From: Bacillota bacterium
Lineage (GTDB): Bacteria; Bacillota; Limnochordia; Darwinibacteriales; Darwinibacteriaceae
Assembly (NCBI GenBank): GCA_012520315.1
Contig: JAAYOM010000124.1
Span: forward strand, 217 to 64,216
Direction of reading: 5' to 3'
DNA length: 64,000 bases
Part shown: positions 56,860-64,000 of the stretch, in pieces
Layout of the letters: every line of letters starts with the position of its first letter
Numbering within the stretch: the first letter of the stretch is position 1
The notes under the pieces: generated by a model
The model's input: the letters and a program-made list of their open reading frames with translations, nothing else
What the model was told of the DNA's origin: nothing
The model's database searches: none
Program-made: the position numbers and the translations under genes

Positions 56860-58209
56860 ATGAAGCCATTAAATCTCAATTCTCATTACGCTGCATCTTT
56901 TGTAGACCAGAAAGAAGTGGATCAGTTAGCGCCCGCAATTAGACTGGCACATCAGCAGCTCCATGACGGTTCAGGTCCGGGAAGTGACTTTCTCGGCTGG
57001 TTAGACCTGCCTGTTAACTACAACCGGGGGGAGTTCAAGCGGGTTCAAGAGGCGGCTAAGCGCATTCAGGACAGCTCGGATGTTCTCATTGTGATAGGAA
57101 TCGGCGGTTCTTACCTAGGTGCCCGCGCTGCTCTTGAGATGTTGACCCATTCCTTTTACAACATGTTGGATCCCCAGATTCGCAAGACTCCCAGGGTTTT
57201 CTTTGTGGGACATGCCATTAGCGACATTTACCTGCAAGATCTTTTGGAGTTAGTGAGAGATACTGATTTTTCCATCAATGTAATCTCAAAATCCGGGACG
57301 ACCACCGAACCTGCCATAGCCTTCCGGGCATTTAAAACTGTTCTGGAAGAAAAGTACGGCACCGATGGTGCACGGGAGAGGATCTATGTAACAACAGATG
57401 CTAAGGAAGGAGCCCTGAGATCCATGGCTGAGGCACAGGGTTATACTTCCTTTGTCCTTCGCCATGATATTGGGGGGCGCTATTCCGTCTTGACTCCAGT
57501 TGGGATTTTGCCCATGGCGGTGGCGGGAATAGATGTTGATGCGGTAATGGCGGGGGCAGGTGCGGCCTTTGAATGGTTCCAGTCACCTGAAGTAGCAGAA
57601 AATCATGCCTATCAGTATGCCGCACTTAGGAACATTCTCTATCGCAAGGGAAAGACCACGGAAATTCTAGCGAACTATGAGCCTTCGTTACAATATTTTA
57701 GTGAGTGGTGGAAACAGCTGTTTGGCGAGAGCGAAGGGAAGGATCAGAAGGGGATCTTTCCAGCTAGCGTAAACTTTACCACGGACTTGCATTCCATGGG
57801 ACAGTTTATTCAAGACGGAACCCGCAATATCTTCGCCACCACCCTCTGGATAAACGAGATAGAGAAGCAATATGAAATTCCCACCAGTGCGGACGATGGG
57901 GACGGTTTGAACTATCTAGCCGGGAAAACACTGGGCTATGTAAATCGCCGAGCTTTCCAAGGGACTATTTTGGCCCATACAGATGGAGGAGTGCCCAATC
58001 TTGTGCTGGAGGTTCCAGCGATCAATCCTTTCTACTTTGGATCACTGGTCTACTTTTTTGAAAAGGCCTGTGCCATCAGTGGCTATCTCTTGGGGGTAAA
58101 CCCCTTTGATCAGCCCGGTGTAGAGGATTACAAGGCAAACATGTTCGCTCTTCTGGGCAAGCCTGGTTTTGAATCCCGGCAAAAAGAGCTGCAACAAAGG
58201 CTAAAGTAG
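56860..58209 (+). CDS. pgi: glucose-6-phosphate isomerase
   Basis: About 450 aa, Firmicutes-type [25 protein letters not shown] and GGRYSVL motifs. The ORF-track 5' extension is unlikely. Confidence 0.95.
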   Translation: MKPLNLNSHYAASFVDQKEVDQLAPAIRLAHQQLHDGSGPGSDFLGWLDLPVNYNRGEFKRVQEAAKRIQDSSDVLIVIGIGGSYLGARAALEMLTHSFYNMLDPQIRKTPRVFFVGHAISDIYLQDLLELVRDTDFSINVISKSGTTTEPAIAFRAFKTVLEEKYGTDGARERIYVTTDAKEGALRSMAEAQGYTSFVLRHDIGGRYSVLTPVGILPMAVAGIDVDAVMAGAGAAFEWFQSPEVAENHAYQYAALRNILYRKGKTTEILANYEPSLQYFSEWWKQLFGESEGKDQKGIFPASVNFTTDLHSMGQFIQDGTRNIFATTLWINEIEKQYEIPTSADDGDGLNYLAGKTLGYVNRRAFQGTILAHTDGGVPNLVLEVPAINPFYFGSLVYFFEKACAISGYLLGVNPFDQPGVEDYKANMFALLGKPGFESRQKELQQRLK

Positions 58210-58219
58210 GAGGGTTGGC

Positions 58220-59161
58220 ATGAAACAAAGGCTTTATCCCTTGACATTTCATCCTATTTACAAAGAGAAACTATGGGGTGGCAGGAGATTTCAGGAAATT
58301 TTAGGCCGAGAGCTGCCTGACGGCCTGATCGGAGAGAGCTGGGATGTGGCTGCCCATCCCAATGGAACCAGCGTAGTTGATCAAGGCCCTTTGGCCGGAG
58401 CAGATCTCTCGCGTTTGATGTTGGACTACGGACACGATTTGGCAGATGGGGACAGATTTCCCCTACTACTGAAACTCATCGACGCCCAGCAGGATCTTTC
58501 TGTTCAGGTTCACCCGGATGATGCTTATGTCAAGCAATTCACCAATGAACGCTGGGGCAAGACGGAGTTGTGGTACATCATTCACAGTGAGCCTGGCGCC
58601 TGGATCATTTGGGGTCTGCGGCCGGGTGTGACCAGGCGCGAGTTTGCCCAGGCAGTGGAGTCGGGAGGAGAGGCAATCTTGGCTTGCCTCAATAAAGTGC
58701 CTGTGAGGCCAGGTGAGATCTATCCCATCTCTGCGGGATTAGTCCATGCCCTAGGGGCAGGAGTTGTTGTGGCGGAAATCCAGCAGAATTCCGATACCAC
58801 CTTTCGTGTCTACGACTGGGATCGGGTAGATGACCAGGGCAGGGCCAGGGAACTCCATGTTGAACAGGCCTTGGCGACAATAGATTTTTCCGAGCAAGCC
58901 CTTGATCGGGAGTATCAGTTTGCCCGCTGTGCCGAGCACTTTAGTATGGAGGTACTGGAAAAACCCGAGAGACATGCGCTAGACCCGCAAAAAGGATTCC
59001 AGATCCTCACAAGCGTAAGAGGCGCAGCGGAGATCGCCTGGAGCGGGGGAGTTACCAATCTAACTGCAGGACAGTCCTGCTTAGTGCCTGCCTCGTTGGA
59101 TGCTTGCCATGTGAGCGCTGAAGGTGCAGTGCTGTGCTGTACCAGTGCCAAAGCGGATTAA
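58220..59161 (+). CDS. manA: mannose-6-phosphate isomerase, class I (Bacillus ManA-type cupin)
   Basis: LYPLTFHPIYKEKLWGG, SVQVHPDD and ELWYI motifs. Confidence 0.85.
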   Translation: MKQRLYPLTFHPIYKEKLWGGRRFQEILGRELPDGLIGESWDVAAHPNGTSVVDQGPLAGADLSRLMLDYGHDLADGDRFPLLLKLIDAQQDLSVQVHPDDAYVKQFTNERWGKTELWYIIHSEPGAWIIWGLRPGVTRREFAQAVESGGEAILACLNKVPVRPGEIYPISAGLVHALGAGVVVAEIQQNSDTTFRVYDWDRVDDQGRARELHVEQALATIDFSEQALDREYQFARCAEHFSMEVLEKPERHALDPQKGFQILTSVRGAAEIAWSGGVTNLTAGQSCLVPASLDACHVSAEGAVLCCTSAKAD

Positions 59162-59165
59162 GGCC

Positions 59166-59669
59166 ATGTTATGCCAGCATGTCTTGATTCTTCTGCCGCT
59201 GATTGTGGCCGCAGTAGAACTCATCAGCCCTTTCTTCCCTTTGGCAGGTCACAGGATCTGCCTGGTTTTGCTGGGTGCAGTCTTCCTGATCGTGCCCAAA
59301 AAATGTGGATTGGGAAACTGGCGAAACGTGCTGGCCTCTGCGCTGCTAAGTGGGGGCGGCGCAGTTGCCACCTACCTTTTGGCAAATAGCTTGAGCCTAG
59401 GACCCCTTATAGCTTCAGCAGCTGTGGGGCTGGCTGCCGCGGTATTTCTCGCAGAACAGCAGCAACTCGTAGTATATTTAGGAACATTTGTGGGAATGAC
59501 CTCCACACTTCATTTTCCTTCCATCATCCTTGTTGCCGCAGCAGGATTGATCGGGGGCGTCCTCTGGGAAGTACTTAATGAAGCCTGGAATGGAGTTGGG
59601 GGCCGGCTCGGCACACTGGCTGCCACAGCAGTCCTGGCAATACTCCTGACGTTTGGAGGTGGGCTGTAG
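59166..59669 (+). CDS. small polytopic membrane protein, unknown family (paralogue A)
   Basis: 167 aa, hydrophobic. The C-terminal motif NGVGGRLGTLAATAVLAILL is shared with the next gene. Confidence 0.5.
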   Translation: MLCQHVLILLPLIVAAVELISPFFPLAGHRICLVLLGAVFLIVPKKCGLGNWRNVLASALLSGGGAVATYLLANSLSLGPLIASAAVGLAAAVFLAEQQQLVVYLGTFVGMTSTLHFPSIILVAAAGLIGGVLWEVLNEAWNGVGGRLGTLAATAVLAILLTFGGGL

Positions 59670-60052
59670 TGCAACTTTTGACAGGAATTATCCTGGGCCT
59701 TTCTTGGGGATTTGCAGGGCACACTTTCCGGCAAAAGACCAAATTGTCTGCGGTGGCAGTGTCATCGCTGCTGACTTTGGCGGCTGCCCTGATTTTGCCC
59801 GGGATGTTTGTTGATGGTCCTTTGTTTGCTCTGATTTGCACCGCAGTTTCTTATGTCACAATGTCAAGTACTGAGCGGCTGAACAGGCTATGGGAGACTC
59901 TAATGGTGAGTGCAATCTGCGCATTGGTTGTTTTCTTCGGACAAAACCTGCTCGTTGGCATAGGAGGACGTCTCGGCACCTTTGCGGCTTTGTCTGTCTT
60001 GATCTTTACCGTCCCTAAAGCTCACAAACACCTGATAACCGGAAGGAGATAG
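59669..60052 (+). CDS. small polytopic membrane protein, unknown family (paralogue B)
   Basis: 127 aa. GTG start overlaps the upstream stop (TAGTG). Motif VGIGGRLGTFAALSVLIF. Confidence 0.5.
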   Translation: MQLLTGIILGLSWGFAGHTFRQKTKLSAVAVSSLLTLAAALILPGMFVDGPLFALICTAVSYVTMSSTERLNRLWETLMVSAICALVVFFGQNLLVGIGGRLGTFAALSVLIFTVPKAHKHLITGRR

Positions 60053-60056
60053 GACG

Positions 60057-60944
60057 ATGAAGAGAATTTTGCCATGCCTGGTACTAGTTCTGCTGCTGGG
60101 AGCAGCTGCAAGTCCTGTATCAGCACACAAGCTGCAGGTGGTTACAACCTTTTCTATCCTGCAGGACTTGGTGCAACAAGTTGGGGGAGAGCGCCTGGAA
60201 GTAAGTTCGTTGATTCCCAGCGGTATGGATCCCCACAGCTGGGAGCCGACTCCCCGAGACGCAAGGGCGGTGGCCAACGCGGATCTGATTATAGCCAACG
60301 GCGGCGGTTTTGATGACTGGCTGTTTGGCCTTGTGGGAGGTGCCGCCCAGGCAGACGCCTTAGTAATAGTTGTTTCGGAAGGACTGGACGTAATTGAACA
60401 CGAGGACAGTCATGGCCATGGTCACCAGGGGGATCCGCATTTTTGGTTAAATGTAACGAATGCGATTTACTATGTCGAGCAGATTGCCCAAGGCCTGACC
60501 ACGATCTCCCCAGAGGATGCATCCTATTTTAGGGAGCGTGCCGACAGCTATAGGCAGGAGCTGGCTGATCTGGACCGGTGGATGATCGAGGAGTTGGCAC
60601 GAATTCCTGAGGAAAACAGGGTGATAGTTGCCTACCATAATGCCTTTAGCTACCTGGCTGAGCGTTATGGTTTTGCAGTGGCAGATTTTTTAGTAGCTAA
60701 TCCCGAAGCTGAGCCAACACCTAGGGATTTGGCCCGTTTGGTTGAACTGCTCAGGGGTATGAGCAGGCGAGCAATCTTTACAGAACCGCAGATTGGTACC
60801 GGCACCCGTTATATGCAGTCACTGGCCAAGGAAGTACAGGGCGAGATTTATACTCTTTACAGTGACAGCTTCGGCCCGGAGGCTGGAAGCTATGTGGAAA
60901 TGATGAAGTATAACACCCAAACCTTGATGGAGGCTTTAGAATAA
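60057..60944 (+). CDS. metal ABC transporter substrate-binding protein (ZnuA/AdcA-like, His-rich loop)
   Basis: GGAAGGAG SD and a signal peptide. Ligand contexts DPHSWEP, DPHFWL and AYHNAF. His-rich loop EHEDSHGHGHQGD suggests zinc. Confidence 0.85.
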   Translation: MKRILPCLVLVLLLGAAASPVSAHKLQVVTTFSILQDLVQQVGGERLEVSSLIPSGMDPHSWEPTPRDARAVANADLIIANGGGFDDWLFGLVGGAAQADALVIVVSEGLDVIEHEDSHGHGHQGDPHFWLNVTNAIYYVEQIAQGLTTISPEDASYFRERADSYRQELADLDRWMIEELARIPEENRVIVAYHNAFSYLAERYGFAVADFLVANPEAEPTPRDLARLVELLRGMSRRAIFTEPQIGTGTRYMQSLAKEVQGEIYTLYSDSFGPEAGSYVEMMKYNTQTLMEALE

Positions 60945-61717
60945 TGGCTAAAGGGCGTGGGGCTGATCTAGCCTTGAACATCCAGAACCTAACTGCAGGC
61001 TATCCAGGCAATGTTGTATTGCACGAGGTGTCCTGGCAAGTCAAAAGGGGAAGCCTGGCCGCGATCATTGGCCCTAATGGCGGCGGCAAGTCCACCTTGC
61101 TGAAAACCGCAGTCGGTCTGCTTTCCCCCTTCGAGTACACTGCCATGGAGCTTTTGGGACGCAGCCCCAAGGCAGGGCGTAAGCAGGTCGCTTACTTGCC
61201 TCAGCAGGAGGAAGTCGATTGGACTTTCCCCATTAGTGTTTTAGATGTGGTGTTGCAGGGGCGCTTGGTTAGGCAAGGAATTTGGGGACGCTATTCTAAA
61301 GCAGACTATACTTTAGGCCGAGAAGTCCTTGATTTTTTTGGCCTCGGCAAATACGTCAACACACAGGTTGGCTCTTTAAGCGGCGGACAAAGGCAAAGGG
61401 TCTTTCTTGCCCGAGCAATGCTGCAGGAGGCGGATTTGATTCTCCTTGACGAGCCGTCTACGGGTCTGGATGCCAAAGCCCAGCATGAACTGGCTGATTT
61501 ATTTGTCACATTGCGCAAACGGGGCAAGACTATTGTTGCTGCCACACATGATCTGAACTGCCTTACTGAATGTTTTGATCATGTGCTGGCCTTAGATGGG
61601 CAGGTTTTGGTGGAGGGAAAACCGGAAGAGGTTCTAACTGAGGCTAATATGGTGAAATTGTTTGCCCGGCACTTTCCCAAGGTGGGAGCTTCTGGGGAGG
61701 TGACAGTACATGATTGA
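60944..61717 (+). CDS. metal ABC transporter ATP-binding protein
   Basis: Walker A GPNGGGKST, signature LSGGQRQR, Walker B LILLDEPSTGLD. Confidence 0.9.
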   Translation: MAKGRGADLALNIQNLTAGYPGNVVLHEVSWQVKRGSLAAIIGPNGGGKSTLLKTAVGLLSPFEYTAMELLGRSPKAGRKQVAYLPQQEEVDWTFPISVLDVVLQGRLVRQGIWGRYSKADYTLGREVLDFFGLGKYVNTQVGSLSGGQRQRVFLARAMLQEADLILLDEPSTGLDAKAQHELADLFVTLRKRGKTIVAATHDLNCLTECFDHVLALDGQVLVEGKPEEVLTEANMVKLFARHFPKVGASGEVTVHD

Positions 61718-62528
61718 TTTGTTGCTTGAGCCGTTTCAATATGGATTTATGGTGAGAGCTTTCCTGGGTACGGGTTTGGTAGCTGTTGTGGCGGCGGCGG
61801 TCGGCACTTTTGTAGTCTTGAAACGGTTGGCATTTCTCGGAGATGCCATTTCCCATACTGCCTTTACAGGCATCGCCATAGCCTTGCTCCTCGGTGTCAG
61901 CATTTACATGGGGGCCATGGCTTTGGCTGTGTTAACAGCACTTGGAGTTGTTTTCCTGACCCGAACTTCCCGAATAAATGATGATACTGCCCTCGCCATT
62001 TTGTTCACAGGAGTCTTTGCCTTGGGCATTGTTCTCCTCTCGGGAACTCCTGGTTTTAGCGGAGATCTAAACAGTTTGCTCCTAGGTTCGGTCATGGCCA
62101 TCCAGACTCGGGAGATCATTCTGATTGGGATTGCAGCTGTGGTTCTTGGTTTAATCATGGCTTTCTTTTATCATCATTTCGTTCTGGTCTCCTTTGATCC
62201 TGTAGGGGCGGAGGCGGCTGGTTTTCCGGTTGCTTTTTTTCAAAGTCTGCTGCTTGTGGTTATTTCTGCGGCGATTGTGATCTCTATTCAAGCGGTGGGA
62301 GTGGTGCTGGTTGTAGCACTGCTGATTACCCCTGCGGCTGCAGCGAGCTTGATCACACATCGCCTAGAGAAGTTGATTCTGCTGTCTTCTGCCTTTGGGC
62401 TGCTGGCTTCTTTTTTCGGACTCTACATCTCCTATTTTTTCGGAGCACCTCCTGGTGCTACAGTAGTACTTGTTGCCACAGTGTTCTTTGGGCTGGTGTT
62501 GGGAGTCCAGAAGCTGCGCAGAGTTTAG
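61710..62528 (+). CDS. metal ABC transporter permease (ZnuB/TroCD family)
   Basis: 8-TM ABC-3 family pattern (LAFLGDAISHTAFTGIA). Overlaps the ATPase gene by 8 nt. Confidence 0.9.
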   Translation: MIDLLLEPFQYGFMVRAFLGTGLVAVVAAAVGTFVVLKRLAFLGDAISHTAFTGIAIALLLGVSIYMGAMALAVLTALGVVFLTRTSRINDDTALAILFTGVFALGIVLLSGTPGFSGDLNSLLLGSVMAIQTREIILIGIAAVVLGLIMAFFYHHFVLVSFDPVGAEAAGFPVAFFQSLLLVVISAAIVISIQAVGVVLVVALLITPAAAASLITHRLEKLILLSSAFGLLASFFGLYISYFFGAPPGATVVLVATVFFGLVLGVQKLRRV

Positions 62529-62538
62529 GAGTGATTCT

Positions 62539-63456
62539 ATGTTAAACCACCCTTATGTCCTTTCTACAACTGTGAAGGACGAAGAAGAGGGTGTCATGGT
62601 TAAAGATATCGTTTATGGCAGGCTGAATCTCAGCCGAGGTCTGCTGCGCCGCATGAAAAGGGGCGGGGGAGTTTATCTTAACGGACAGAAGGATTACCTG
62701 ACCCGGCGGGTCAAAGCAGGCGACAGCATCCAGATTGTTTTTTATGATGAAAAAACCGCGATGGAGCCCCAGAACATTCCGATTACTATTGTGTACGAGG
62801 ACGATTACCTGTTAATTGTCAACAAGGCTGCCGGGATGCCTGTTCATCCTGCCGGGGCCTACCAGGATCGAACCCTGGCAAATGCCTTAGCCTACTACTG
62901 GGAAAAGACAGGACTCGACACCAAAGTCAGACTGGTTCACCGCCTTGATAAGGATACCTCAGGCCTGATTCTAGTCGCCAAGGAGCCGTATACCTTGCAG
63001 CGGCTCTTGCGGCAGCTGGCCCGCCAAGACTTGGTCCGGGAGTATCTGGCGGTTGTCAAGGGGCAATTGTTACCGCCCGAGGGTGTACTCACAGGGTCAA
63101 TAGGGCGTTCCTGGGATCATGGGGTTAAAAGGGCGGTTACTCAGGAAGGCAAAGAAGCTAGGACTGTTTACAAGGTTCTCGCTACAGGCTCTAAAGCGAC
63201 CCTGGTCAGGGCGCGCCTGGAGAGCGGACGTACACATCAGATTCGTGTCCATTTTTCCGACCTGGGACATCCAATTTTGGGCGACCCCCTTTACAGTACT
63301 GCTTTGCCTGGAATCTTAGGTCAGGCGCTCCATGCCTGGCGCTTGGAGTTTGTTCATCCGAGAACGGAGCAAAAGCATGTGGTCACTGCTCCTCTGCCTA
63401 GGGAAATGCTGGATTTATGGAAAGAATACGGAGGGAGCAGTAGATGCTGGAAGTAA
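62539..63456 (+). CDS. RluA-family pseudouridine synthase (RluD-like, with S4 domain)
   Basis: Catalytic HRLDKDTSGL and RTHQIRVH motifs, N-terminal S4-like region. ATG 62539 follows GGAG. Confidence 0.9.
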   Translation: MLNHPYVLSTTVKDEEEGVMVKDIVYGRLNLSRGLLRRMKRGGGVYLNGQKDYLTRRVKAGDSIQIVFYDEKTAMEPQNIPITIVYEDDYLLIVNKAAGMPVHPAGAYQDRTLANALAYYWEKTGLDTKVRLVHRLDKDTSGLILVAKEPYTLQRLLRQLARQDLVREYLAVVKGQLLPPEGVLTGSIGRSWDHGVKRAVTQEGKEARTVYKVLATGSKATLVRARLESGRTHQIRVHFSDLGHPILGDPLYSTALPGILGQALHAWRLEFVHPRTEQKHVVTAPLPREMLDLWKEYGGSSRCWK

Positions 63457-63872
63457 ATAAGAAGATGCTCTGGCGAGGAACCAAGACAGGCTTGCAGACA
63501 ACCTGGGAACTTGCCAAAGTAGTGGTGCCCACAGCCGTGGTTGTGGCAGTATTTCGGGCCAGTGGGCTCTTAGATGTGATTACAGCCTTTTTCGCCCCAT
63601 ACATGGGGTTCTTTGGCCTTTCAGGCGAAGCCGCCATCGTGCTTTTTAGTGGCTATTTTATCAATCTTTATGCTGCAGCAGGCAGTATCATGGCCTTAAA
63701 TTTATCAATAAGTGAAATCACTATTTGCGCTGTGATGTTGGGTTTCTGCCACTCTCTCCTTGTGGAGCTGCCGATCAGCCAGAAAGCGGGCAGTCCTATG
63801 GGTTATATCTTTATTATCCGCCTGGCCTGTTCTTTAGCCGTGGGCTGGCTCTTGGGGGTCGTGCTGCCATGA
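63444..63872 (+). CDS. nucleoside-recognition (Gate) domain membrane protein
   Basis: GGAGGGAG SD. TWELAKVVVPTAVVVAVFRASGLLDVITAFFAPYMGFFGLSGEAAIVL is typical of the Gate domain. Confidence 0.7.
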   Translation: MLEVNKKMLWRGTKTGLQTTWELAKVVVPTAVVVAVFRASGLLDVITAFFAPYMGFFGLSGEAAIVLFSGYFINLYAAAGSIMALNLSISEITICAVMLGFCHSLLVELPISQKAGSPMGYIFIIRLACSLAVGWLLGVVLP

Positions 63873-64000
63873 GTGTACTTTGGGATGGACTTTTACAGGG
63901 TGTCAAAGGTGTTTGGACGATAGCTTTAATTGTCATTCCCCTTATGGTTGTCTTGGAAATAGCCCAAAGCAACGGCTGGCTGCACAAGCTGAATCACTTC
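63869..64000 (+). CDS. nucleoside-recognition domain membrane protein, N-terminal fragment (runs off the window)
   Basis: ATGA overlap with the upstream gene. MSVLWDGLLQGVKGVWTIALIVIPLMVVLEIAQSNGWLHKLN... Typical partner of the preceding gene. Confidence 0.6.
   Translation, partial: MSVLWDGLLQGVKGVWTIALIVIPLMVVLEIAQSNGWLHKLNHF

Overview
64-kb chromosomal segment that is almost fully coding: about 68 CDS, mostly on the + strand. It has Firmicutes/Clostridia hallmarks: GGAGG Shine-Dalgarno sites, a tyrS T-box leader, cwlD and ytvI-like sporulation genes, and GlnRS. Contents, left to right: a partial arr (rifampin ADP-ribosyltransferase) with YciI/VOC/SDR genes; two GGDEF proteins; pflB plus a pflA fused in frame to a complete Crp/Fnr-type regulator; a metal module (RIC-like mini-protein, P1B ATPase without a metal-binding domain and with CPG/HEGS motifs, stand-alone HMA protein); a selenium-trafficking cluster (LysR, class-V desulfurase/lyase, YedE, YedF-like, DUF3343); a ROK-linked sugar ABC importer; a hutH-hutU-formimidoyltransferase-hutI-cyclodeaminase operon; then tyrS, MarR plus a heterodimeric ABC exporter, mnmA, pckA, cca, glnS, luxS, mtnN, pgi, manA, a Zn-type ABC importer and an rluD-like gene. 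I recognised no rRNA, tRNA, CRISPR array, transposase or integrase. The most interesting observation is the PflA-Crp/Fnr fusion together with three FNR-type dyads (xTGAT-N4-ATCAx). Each dyad is centred about 41.5 bp upstream of the predicted transcription start of pflB, of the RIC-like/ATPase unit, or of the HMA gene. This suggests a local, possibly undescribed anaerobic/redox regulon. Secondary candidates are a YaiI-NYN/LOTUS/CSD-TIM barrel-GNAT operon, a translationally coupled SfsA-HAD-kinase-methyltransferase operon, and a paralogous pair of small membrane proteins ahead of the Zn importer. All homology statements come from reading the translations by eye and from recalled family motifs; no searches were run.
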